Below, piece after piece: positions 35,076-44,200 of a stretch of 64,000 nucleotides of DNA (the first letter of the stretch is position 1; each line of letters starts with the position of its first letter). The stretch is taken from the NCBI GenBank assembly GCA_964486215.1, contig CAZALI010000002.1:13001-77000 (forward strand). The letters are read 5' to 3'. The DNA comes from an uncultured Muribaculaceae bacterium. Its GTDB lineage: Bacteria > Bacillota_I > Bacilli_A > RF39 > UBA660. The notes beneath the pieces are model-generated. The model was not told the DNA's origin. It was given only the letters and a program-made list of their open reading frames with translations, and searched no databases. The translations under genes were made by a program, and so were the position numbers.

Positions 35076-36689
35076 ATGATTCTTGTAATATTATTTTTAA
35101 TATGTTCTGTTTATTTACTATTTTATAAGAGTAAAAGACATTTACATATGTTACAACAAAATTTATATAATGAAAATAATCGTTATGGTAAATGGTTATT
35201 TAAGAATTATAAGTTATTTATAGATTTAGATATTATTGTTTTAATAGTTTTACTTATAGGTTCATTAGTAGAATTAGATTCATTAATAGCTAATATTCTG
35301 TTATTAGTAATATCTATAATAGCTTTAATAGTGGCGAATAGATGGAATATTAATATTAAGAATGATCAAAATAAAAAGCCTCTTGTTATTACACCACGTA
35401 TTAAAAGATTATTAGTTACAACTACTATTATTTATTTAATACCTATAGTATTATTATGTATTAATTATAAAGATACTACTTATGTATGGTTAATGTTATT
35501 TATATTCTTTGGACTTGTATATTTGAATTCTTTAGTATTACTTTTAGCTAATTATATTAATGTACCAGTAGAAGCATTAGTTACTTATCATTTTTATCAT
35601 ATGGCTACTAATAAACTAAAGAGTATGCCTAATTTAAAGGTAGTAGGTATTACTGGTAGTTATGGTAAAACTAGTAGTAAAAATATTTTATCTGATATTT
35701 TAAATGTTAAATATAATGCTTTTCCTACACCTAAGAATTTAAATACACCTAAAGGTACAATGATTGCGATTAATAATCATTTAGATAAGTTTGATGAAAT
35801 ATTTATTTCAGAGATGGGTGCTTATAAAAGAGGAGAAATAAAAGAGTTATGTGATTTTGTACATCCTAAATATGGTATTTTAACTAGAATAGGTACTGCT
35901 CATCTAGCAACTTTTGGTTCTCAAGAGAATATTCAAAAAGGTAAATTTGAACTTATTGAATCTTTACCAGAAGATGGATTTGGAGTATTAAATGGAGATG
36001 ATCCTCTACAAGTTAGTTATAAACTTAAGAATAAAGTTAAAGTTATTTGGATAGGTATTGATAATAAAGATGTAGATGTAAGAGCTACTAATATTAAATG
36101 TAATAATAGAGGTACTAACTTTGAAGTTATATTTAAGAATGATTCAAAGAAATATAAATTTGAAACTAAGTTATTGGGAAAACATAATGTCTATAATATT
36201 TTAGCTGGTATAGCTATGGGTAGAGAATTTGGTATTTCTATTGATGAACTTCAAACAGCAGTTAGAGGTGTTAGAGCAGTAGAACATAGATTAGAACTTA
36301 AGAGACTTGGTAATTTCTATCAAATAGATGATGCTTATAATTCTAATCCAGTAGGAGCTAAAAGTGCTTTAGAAGTACTTAAGATGATGCCTGGAGTTAA
36401 AGTAGTAGTTACACCTGGTATGATAGAGTTAGGTGAGGAAGAAGAAAAGTTAAATCATGAATTTGGTAAAGAAATAGCCGCGGCGAGTGACTATGTTGTA
36501 CTAATTGGAGAAAAACAAACTAAACCTATTATGGAAGGCTTAAAAGAAGAAAAATTTGCCAAAGATAAAATAATAGTGTTAAATGATGTTAGGAAAGCAT
36601 ATGAATTTATTAATGGATTAGCTATGAGTGAAAAAAAAGAGGTATATGCTTTATTTGAGAATGATTTACCAGATACTTATAATGAATAG
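35076..36689 (+). CDS. murF: Mur ligase family protein, MurF-like, with a ~170-aa N-terminal multi-TM extension
   Basis: GITGSYGKTS P-loop, Mur ligase middle and C-terminal domain motifs (DDAYNSNP). The N-terminal part has about four hydrophobic helices (35076-35585). Confidence 0.75.
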   Translation: MILVILFLICSVYLLFYKSKRHLHMLQQNLYNENNRYGKWLFKNYKLFIDLDIIVLIVLLIGSLVELDSLIANILLLVISIIALIVANRWNINIKNDQNKKPLVITPRIKRLLVTTTIIYLIPIVLLCINYKDTTYVWLMLFIFFGLVYLNSLVLLLANYINVPVEALVTYHFYHMATNKLKSMPNLKVVGITGSYGKTSSKNILSDILNVKYNAFPTPKNLNTPKGTMIAINNHLDKFDEIFISEMGAYKRGEIKELCDFVHPKYGILTRIGTAHLATFGSQENIQKGKFELIESLPEDGFGVLNGDDPLQVSYKLKNKVKVIWIGIDNKDVDVRATNIKCNNRGTNFEVIFKNDSKKYKFETKLLGKHNVYNILAGIAMGREFGISIDELQTAVRGVRAVEHRLELKRLGNFYQIDDAYNSNPVGAKSALEVLKMMPGVKVVVTPGMIELGEEEEKLNHEFGKEIAAASDYVVLIGEKQTKPIMEGLKEEKFAKDKIIVLNDVRKAYEFINGLAMSEKKEVYALFENDLPDTYNE

Positions 36690-36701
36690 GAGGAATATAA
36701 T

Positions 36702-37946
36702 ATGAAAATAAAAGTAGGAGTATTATTTGGGGGAGAAAGTGTTGAGCACGAAGTTAGTATTATTTCAGCTGTAACAGCTATGAATAAAATTGATCAAGAA
36801 AAGTATGATATTATACCAATCTATATGACTAAAGACAGGGAATGGTATACAGGAGAAATGCTTAGAGATATTGAGACATATAAAGATATGGACTTAATTA
36901 AGAGATATGCTACTAACGTAGTATTATACGCATCTCATGGTAAATTTATTTTAAGAAAGAAACATAGTTTATTTAATTCTACAGTTACAGATATTGATGT
37001 AGCATTCCCAATTACACATGGTACTAATGTAGAAGATGGAGCTTTACAAGGATATCTTCAAACTATAGGTATACCTTATGTTGGACCTAATGTTTATGCA
37101 GCTGCTGTAGGACAAGATAAAGTTTATATGAAAGATATATTTGAATGTAATAAGTTACCAATTACTAAATATACATGGTTCTATGATTGTGATTATAAGA
37201 AAGATTCTGATGAAATTATTAAGAAGATAGAAGATATTAAATATCCAGTTATTGTTAAACCTGCTACTACTGGTTCATCTGTTGGTATTGGTGTAGCTTC
37301 TAATAGAGAAGAGTTAATAAGTTCTATTGATGATGCTATTCAATACGATAGTAAGATCTTAGTAGAAGATGTTGTTGAAAACTTACGTGAGGTTAATATA
37401 AGTGTTGTTGGTAATCATGAAACACAACGAGTTAGTGAAATAGAAGAAGTAACATCTAAAAATAAATTCTTATCATATAATGATAAATATATTGGTGATG
37501 GTACTATTAGTCATGGGGCTAAGAAAGGTGTTAAAGCACCAGTTAAAGGAGCTAAAGGCGTTAAAGGTGGAGGAAAAGCAGGAGCACCTGCTGCATCTAG
37601 AATTCCAGCTGATTTAAGCAAAGAAATGAGAAAAGAAATAGAAGATGTTGCTGTTAGAGCTTTCAAAGCACTAGGAAGTTCTGGAGTTGTTAGAATAGAC
37701 TTCTTAATTGATTCTAAAGCCAAGAAAGTTTATGTTAATGAAATAAATTCTATTCCTGGTAACTTAGCTTTCTATCTATGGGAAGCAAAAGGAGTAGACT
37801 TTACAGAATTACTTAACGATGTAATTAATATTGGAATTAAAGATTACAAAGTTAGAACATCTAAGACTCATTCATTTGAATCTAACATATTAGCAGGATA
37901 TACTGGTGGTATGAAAGGAATGAAAGGTACTAAAAAATTAAGATAG
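36702..37946 (+). CDS. ddl: D-alanine--D-alanine ligase with a K/G/A-rich insertion
   Basis: GGESVEHEVS N-terminus and ATP-grasp motifs (VKPATTGSSVGI, RIDFL, NEINSIPG). ~30-aa insertion SHGAKKGVKAPVKGAKGVKGGGKAGAPAAS at 37509-37598. Confidence 0.9.
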   Translation: MKIKVGVLFGGESVEHEVSIISAVTAMNKIDQEKYDIIPIYMTKDREWYTGEMLRDIETYKDMDLIKRYATNVVLYASHGKFILRKKHSLFNSTVTDIDVAFPITHGTNVEDGALQGYLQTIGIPYVGPNVYAAAVGQDKVYMKDIFECNKLPITKYTWFYDCDYKKDSDEIIKKIEDIKYPVIVKPATTGSSVGIGVASNREELISSIDDAIQYDSKILVEDVVENLREVNISVVGNHETQRVSEIEEVTSKNKFLSYNDKYIGDGTISHGAKKGVKAPVKGAKGVKGGGKAGAPAASRIPADLSKEMRKEIEDVAVRAFKALGSSGVVRIDFLIDSKAKKVYVNEINSIPGNLAFYLWEAKGVDFTELLNDVINIGIKDYKVRTSKTHSFESNILAGYTGGMKGMKGTKKLR

Positions 37947-37947
37947 T

Positions 37948-37972
37948 AAAAAGAAGCTTATGCTTCTTTTTT
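37948..37972 (+). terminator. Intrinsic terminator of ddl
   Basis: Stem AAGAAGC / GCTTCTT with a TTAT loop, then a T run. Confidence 0.75.
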
Positions 37973-38127
37973 ATATAAAAAAAGAACCTGAGGTTCTTAA
38001 TTACTAAATGGTGTCCCCTGCATATATGGTAAGAAAAAAGAACCTTACGGTTCTTAATAATCATATGGTGTCCCCGGTATATAAGGTATAAAAAAACTAT
38101 ATGTAACACATATAGTTTTAATTCATA
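37973..38127 (-). repeat. Tandem modules of [hairpin terminator + tRNA-Lys 3'-end fragment]
   Basis: TGGTGTCCCC (the complement of the tRNA-Lys 3' end GGGGACACCA) recurs at 38009-38018 and 38066-38075 as well as in the tRNA at 38128-38137. Each copy is preceded by A-run + hairpin + TTAAT. Units are ~57 bp. Confidence 0.6.
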
Positions 38128-38203
38128 TGGTGTCCCCTTGGAGGCTCGAACTCCAGACCCACTGATTAAGAGTCAGTTGCTCTACCAACTGAGCTAAGGA
38201 GAC
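38128..38203 (-). tRNA. tRNA-Lys (anticodon CUU)
   Basis: Reverse complement GTCTCCTTAGCTCAGTTGGTAGAGC...: anticodon loop CTCTTAA, T-loop GGAGTTCGAGCCTCC, encoded CCA. Confidence 0.9.
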
Positions 38204-38289
38204 ATATTTCAGTTGCTAAATAAGTATATCATAGTTCTTTCAAAAAAACAAATAGTTTTAGCTTTATTTTTATGATAAAATGTGGGTAG

Positions 38290-40596
38290 GTGATGTTTAT
38301 GACTAGATATAATCCTGATATTAAAAAAGGACTTAGTAGTAAACAAGTTAAAGATCGTTATGATGAAGGTCTTGTTAATTACGATACTAGTGTAAAAACT
38401 AAGAGTGTAAAGACTATTATTTATACTAATGTTTTTACATTATTTAATATAGTAAATACTATTTTAGCTATAGCAGTTATTACGACTGGTAGTTTTAAGA
38501 ATTTATTATTTATGGGTGGAGTTATTTGCAATACTATTATTAGTATTATACAAGAATTACGTAGTAAAAATACTCTTGATAAATTGCAAGTTATTAATGA
38601 AACAAAGATTAAAACTATTAGAGATGGAGAAGAAGAATTACTTGGAATTAATGATATTGTTTTAGATGATATTACTGAATTAGAGATGGGTAATCAAATA
38701 GTAGTTGATTCTATTATTTTAGATGGAGAAGTAGAAGTAAATGAATCTTTTATTACTGGGGAAGCTGATACTGTATTTAAGAAGAAAGGTGATATGTTAT
38801 TATCTGGTTCTTTTATAGTTAGTGGTAAAGTAATAGCGAAAGTAGAACATATTGGTCTTGATAATTATACGGCTAAGATTAGTGCGAATGTTACAGCTGA
38901 AGAGAATGTTTCTAGTGAGATTATGAGAAGTTTAAATAAGATTATTATGACTGTTTCTTTTTTAATACTACCACTAGCAATTCTTCTTTATTTTAAACAG
39001 TTAAATATTAGTGGTAATACTACTAATGAAGCTATTTTAAATACAGTAGCTGCTCTTATAGGTATGATTCCTGAAGGATTAGTACTTCTTACTAGTACTG
39101 TTTTAGCAGTAGGAGTAGTTAGACTTGCGAAGAGTAAAGTTTTAGTACAAGATTTATATTGTATTGAGGCTTTAGCTAGAGTTGATACGATATGTTTAGA
39201 TAAGACTGGTACTATTACTGAAGGAGTTATGGAAGTAGTTGATACAGTTAAGTTAGATAAGAAAGTTAATGTAGAAGAGATAATTGCGAATATGAATTAT
39301 GCATTATGTGAAAATAATCCTACGGGTATTGCTTTGAGTAATAAATTTGGTAGTAAAGATAATTATAAATTAATTAAGAAAATACCATTTTCTAGTAGTA
39401 AAAAATATATGGGATGTGAATTTGAAGAAGGAGAGTATTTAATAGGAGCACCTGAATTTATTCTTAAAAATGATATAAAGAAATATGATAAAGAGTTATC
39501 TAAATATACAGATAAATATAGAGTAATAGCTTTATGTATTAAGAAAAAGGCTATTAAACCTATAGCTTTTATATTATTACAAGATATTGTTAGAAAAGAG
39601 GCTAAAGATACGCTTAATTTCTTTAAGAGACAAGGGGTTACAGCTAAGATTATATCTGGTGATAATCCTAATACAGTTTATAATATTGCGGTTAAAGCTG
39701 GGCTTGATCCTAAGTCTTTAAAGATAGATGCTTCTACTTTAAAAACTGATGAAGATATTTATAATGCAATAGATAAATATACTATTTTTGGAAGAGTTAG
39801 TCCTGAGCAGAAAAGAAAGTTTATTTTAGCTTTACAAAGAAGAGGACATGTAGTTGCGATGACTGGTGATGGAGTTAATGATGTACTTGCTTTAAAAGAG
39901 TCTGATTGTTCTGTAGCTATGGCTAGTGGTACTGATGCAGCTAAGAATGTTAGTCAATTGGTTTTACTTGATTCTAATTTTGCTTCTATGCCTAGTATTG
40001 TTGATGAAGGTAGGAGAAATATTAATAATATAGAAAGAAGTGCATCTTTGTTTTTAGTTAAAACTATTTATGCTACTGTACTTGCAATACTTTTCTTATT
40101 TATTAATTCTCCATATCCGTATATACCAATACAGTTAACTTTATCTAGTGTTTTGACAGTAGGTATACCTTCAGTTATATTAGCATTAGAACCTAATCAT
40201 AATAGAATTAAAGGTAGGTTCTTACCTAATGTTTTAAGAAGAGCTATTCCACCAGCAGTTGTTATTATAGTGAATGTTTTAATAGTTACTATGGTAGGGG
40301 GAGTATTTAATTTCACTAGAATAGAAATATCTACTTTAACTGCTCTTGTTACGACATTTACTTGCTTTGTATTATTATTTAAAACTTGTACTCCATTTAA
40401 TTTATTACATAAAGTTTTATATGTTAGTATGCTTACATTATTCTTGATTGGATTCTTTGGATTTAGAAGTGTATTTAACTTTTCTACATTGTCTTTACTT
40501 ATGTTAATAGTATTTGCTGGATGTGTAGTAATTTGCTTATTCTTATATAAACTTTTAGAAAATGGTTTAACAGAAATTTATGAATATAAAAAATAG
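38290..40596 (+). CDS. Cation-transporting P-type ATPase (HAD-IC family)
   Basis: ITGEAD (TGE), DKTGTIT phosphorylation site, TGDGVNDVLALKESD hinge, ~10 TM helices. Start GTG 38290 or ATG 38293/38299. Confidence 0.9.
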   Translation: MMFMTRYNPDIKKGLSSKQVKDRYDEGLVNYDTSVKTKSVKTIIYTNVFTLFNIVNTILAIAVITTGSFKNLLFMGGVICNTIISIIQELRSKNTLDKLQVINETKIKTIRDGEEELLGINDIVLDDITELEMGNQIVVDSIILDGEVEVNESFITGEADTVFKKKGDMLLSGSFIVSGKVIAKVEHIGLDNYTAKISANVTAEENVSSEIMRSLNKIIMTVSFLILPLAILLYFKQLNISGNTTNEAILNTVAALIGMIPEGLVLLTSTVLAVGVVRLAKSKVLVQDLYCIEALARVDTICLDKTGTITEGVMEVVDTVKLDKKVNVEEIIANMNYALCENNPTGIALSNKFGSKDNYKLIKKIPFSSSKKYMGCEFEEGEYLIGAPEFILKNDIKKYDKELSKYTDKYRVIALCIKKKAIKPIAFILLQDIVRKEAKDTLNFFKRQGVTAKIISGDNPNTVYNIAVKAGLDPKSLKIDASTLKTDEDIYNAIDKYTIFGRVSPEQKRKFILALQRRGHVVAMTGDGVNDVLALKESDCSVAMASGTDAAKNVSQLVLLDSNFASMPSIVDEGRRNINNIERSASLFLVKTIYATVLAILFLFINSPYPYIPIQLTLSSVLTVGIPSVILALEPNHNRIKGRFLPNVLRRAIPPAVVIIVNVLIVTMVGGVFNFTRIEISTLTALVTTFTCFVLLFKTCTPFNLLHKVLYVSMLTLFLIGFFGFRSVFNFSTLSLLMLIVFAGCVVICLFLYKLLENGLTEIYEYKK

Positions 40597-40717
40597 AATG
40601 TAATATTCTATTTTTTTACTTGACTAAAACTCTAAAGATAGTGTATTCTAATATTGCTCGGGTTAAAAATACTTGCTTTTATACGAATTTAGTAGTAAAA
40701 TTAAGTAGTAATCGAAT

Positions 40718-40794
<77 letters not shown>

Positions 40795-40800
40795 TTTATT

Positions 40801-40877
40801 GCCTCAATAGCTCAGTCGGTTAGAGCACTTGACTGTTAATCAAGGGGTCCTAGGTTCGAGCCCTAGTTGGGGCGCCA
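40801..40877 (+). tRNA. tRNA-Asn (anticodon GUU)
   Basis: Acceptor GCCTCAA/TTGGGGC, anticodon stem CTTGA/TCAAG with loop CTGTTAA, encoded CCA. Confidence 0.9.
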
Positions 40878-40880
40878 GTT

Positions 40881-40957
40881 GGCGAGTTGGTGAAGTGGCT
40901 TAACACACTGCCCTTTCACGGCAGCATTCGCGGATTCGAATTCCGCACTCGTCACCA
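40881..40957 (+). tRNA. tRNA-Glu (anticodon UUC)
   Basis: Acceptor GGCGAGT/ACTCGTC, anticodon stem CTGCC/GGCAG with loop CTTTCAC, encoded CCA. Confidence 0.88.
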
Positions 40958-40967
40958 GTAAACAATC

Positions 40968-40990
40968 AAGACAGTTTCTGTCTTTTTTTT
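40968..40990 (+). terminator. Intrinsic terminator after the tRNA-Ile/Asn/Glu cluster
   Basis: Stem AAGACAG / CTGTCTT followed by a T8 run. Confidence 0.75.
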
Positions 40991-40997
40991 AAAGTAA

Positions 40998-41026
40998 TTG
41001 ACAAAGATATTAATTTTAGTTAATAT
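40998..41026 (+). promoter_or_regulatory. Sigma-A promoter for tRNA-Ser
   Basis: TTGACA (40998-41003), 17-nt spacer, TAATAT (41021-41026). The tRNA starts at 41038. Confidence 0.6.
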
Positions 41027-41037
41027 TATAAGTGTTT

Positions 41038-41130
41038 GGAGCAGTACTCAAGTGGTTGAAGAGGACGGTTTGCTAAACCGTTAGGTCGATGAATATTGGC
41101 GCGCGAGTTCAAAGCTCGCCTGCTCCGCCA
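41038..41130 (+). tRNA. tRNA-Ser (anticodon GCU), long variable arm
   Basis: GGAGCAG.../...CTGCTCC acceptor, anticodon stem ACGGT/ACCGT with loop TTGCTAA, long extra arm, encoded CCA. 93 nt. Confidence 0.9.
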
Positions 41131-41138
41131 TATGAAAT

Positions 41139-41166
41139 AAAGCTATTTTTAATAGCTTTTTTTGTT
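41139..41166 (+). terminator. Intrinsic terminator after tRNA-Ser
   Basis: Stem AAGCTATT / AATAGCTT followed by a T run. Confidence 0.7.
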
Positions 41167-41223
41167 TCTTCTTATTTATTATTGCTCAAATTATGATATA
41201 ATTTTAATAGGAGGAATAGAGAT

Positions 41224-44200
41224 ATGGATATTATAAAAAAGTTTATGAATGATTTTCATGAAATAGAAAAATATTATGAATTTTTAGTTCAAAAAACTAA
41301 GAGACATGAATATGTAGGCGTTACTAATGAATGGCTAATTGATAACTTTTATTTATTAGTTGAACATAAAAATTCTATTGTCGATGACAAGAAAAATATC
41401 CGTAAGAACAGAAAACTATATTTAGATCTCTATTCTAGAATTAATAATATTGTAGTTAAAAATAATTATAATATTAATTTTAAGATACTATGTCAAGAAC
41501 TAAAGAAATATCAAAAAAATACTAAGAAATATTTTTCATATAAAGAATTATCTAGTATGAAAGTAATTCTATTATTTTCATATGTATCTAGATTAAGATT
41601 ACTTTGTGAAGATGAGTATAGAAAACTACTTGATGAAGAAGAAATAGATAAGATTATTTCTAGTAAAGGTAGTAAAGATTTAAGTATAGATGATTTTGTT
41701 AATTTTAGTAATTATAAAGATAATTATCATTATATCTTTTCACTTAATTATAAACTTAGAGAGTTAGGATCTAATGGTGGAAGAATATTTAAAGAGTTAA
41801 ATGAATTATTACAGAGTAAAAATATTAGTTTAAAAGAAATTATTAATGATGAATATCATGAAAAGATGTCTAATGATATTCTTATTTCTAATATATTTAA
41901 TGATTTACGTGAATTTACGGAATTTAATAATGAAGATTTATATGAAAAAATATCTAAATCAGAGAAACTTTTCTTAACAGATTCAATATATGAACAGATG
42001 AGTGTTGAATCTAAGAAATTATATAGACAAAGACTTGTTAAATTAGCTAAGAAATATCATACGACTGAACATGAGTTTTTAAGTGAAATATTAGACAAAG
42101 AAAATGCGGATGATTATCATGTTGGGTTTAAATTATTTAAGAAACCTAAATATATGTTTAGATTTAATTTTTACTTTGCTTTTTCATTGTTCTTATCTTG
42201 TATAATTACTTTACTTATTTCTAAATATTTCTTTGTAGGTATTAAAGGACTTAGCTTTGTTCTTTTGATTATTCCAGTATTTCAATTGTTTATAAGTATA
42301 GAAAATGAAATACTAAGTAGAGTTATTAGACCAAAGATTCTTCCTAAACTTGATTTTTCTGAAGGTATACCTGATGATTATCAGACTATGGTTGTTATAC
42401 CTACAATAGTATCTGATGAAGATAAGATTAAGAAGATGTTTGATATACTTGAAACTTTTTACATAATGAATAATAAGACAGATAATTTGTATTTTACTTT
42501 GTTGGGTGATGTTAAGAGTAGTTCTATGGAAGAAGAAGATTATGATAAAGATATTTCTAAATATGGAACTAAGTATGCTAAAGATTTAAATAAAAAATAT
42601 GGAAAAGATTTATTCTACTTTATTTATCGTAAGAGAAAATATAATGATAAAGAGGGAGAATATCTTGGTTATGAGAGAAAAAGAGGAGCTTTACTTCAAT
42701 TTAATAAGATACTTTTACATGAAGTAGATAAAGTTACTAGTAAAGAGAATTTTAATGTTAATATGTTACTTAATAATAAATTAAATATTAAGTATGTTAT
42801 TACTTTAGATACTGATACTAGACTTGTTTTAAATACAGCTTTAAATTTGGTTGGAGCTATGGCTCATCCACTTAATAAGCCTATTTTAAATAAAAGTGAA
42901 GATAAAGTTATATCTGGATATGGTATTATGCAACCTAGAGTTACTATGGATATTGAAGATACTAATAAGAGTTTATATAGTCAAGTCTTTGCAGGTATAG
43001 GTGGATTTGATACTTATACTTCTGTAGTACCTAATGTTTATCAGGATTCTTTTGGAGAAGGTAGTTTTGTTGGTAAAGGTATATATGATTTAGAGTGTTT
43101 TGATAAGATACTTGATAATACTTTCCCAGATAATAAGGTACTATCTCATGATTTATTAGAGGGTAATTACTTACGCTGTGCCTATATTTCAGATATAGAA
43201 CTTGTCGATGGATTTCCTTCTAAGTTCTTAACTGATGCGACTAGACATCATCGTTGGGCTAGAGGAGATGTTCAAATAATTGATTGGTTATTTCCTACAG
43301 TTAAGAATAGAAAAGGAAGAAAAGTACATAATCCGCTAAATCCACTTGAAAAGTATAAGATACTTGATAATATTCTTCGTATGTTTATGTATCCACTATT
43401 ATTGTTAATTGTTATTTTAGCTAGTTTTTCTCTAATTAAATATCCTCTATGTTGGATAGGATTTGTTTTAATACAACTTGCTTTACCAATAATATTCTTC
43501 TTAAAGAGTAAGATGTATAGAGAAGATAATACTAAGAGAACTATTTATTATAAGAATTTAATATTTGGTGGTAGAAGTCTACTCTTAAGATCTTATATTA
43601 TGTTTGTTAATCTTCCATATAATGCTAAATTATATTTAGATGCTTTTTGTAGAACTATGTATAGAATGCTTGTTAGTCATAAGAATTTACTTAACTGGTT
43701 AACAGCTGATGATGCTGAAAAGACTATTAAAGATAATTTAGCTAATTATAATAGAAATTATATTATTAACTTTATTACTGGTGGTTTATTAATAATTGGA
43801 TTTATATTTATACATAATCCAATAGCGTTAATATGTGGAATTTTATTCTTAACAGCTCCATTTGTTTTATATAGGGTTAGTAGAAATATAGATGATAATA
43901 AAATTCAATTAAAGGAAAGGGAAAAAGAGAAAGTAGAAAATACGGCTCTTAAGACTTTTAATTATTTTAAAGATAATTTAAAAGAAGAGTATCATTATTT
44001 AATACCAGATAATTACCAAGATAATAGAGAACAGAAACTTGATCTTAGAACTAGTCCTACAGCTATAGGTTTCTCTATGATTAGTATTATTTGTGGATAT
44101 GAACTTGATTTTATTAATGAAGAAGAAACTGTTAAGTATTTAGAAAATATATTAAAGAGTATTGATTCATTAAAAAAATGGCATGGTCATTTATATAACT

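Noticed and set aside
37509-37598. K/G/A-rich stretch in Ddl as a frameshift or sequencing artefact
   Set aside because: It is in-frame, with conserved Ddl sequence on both sides (FLSYNDKY before, RIPADL...RIDFL after). The simplest reading is a genuine loop insertion.
35076-37946. murF-like + ddl read as a vancomycin-resistance (van) cluster
   Set aside because: No vanH-type dehydrogenase, vanX/vanY peptidase or vanRS genes are adjacent. The ligase keeps a Tyr-containing FLSYNDKY segment consistent with a D-Ala-D-Ala ligase.
37973-38127. Tandem ~57-bp units considered as a possible CRISPR-like array
   Set aside because: There are only two to three units. The 'repeat' includes a tRNA 3'-end fragment and a terminator hairpin. 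There are no unique spacers of constant length and no cas genes.
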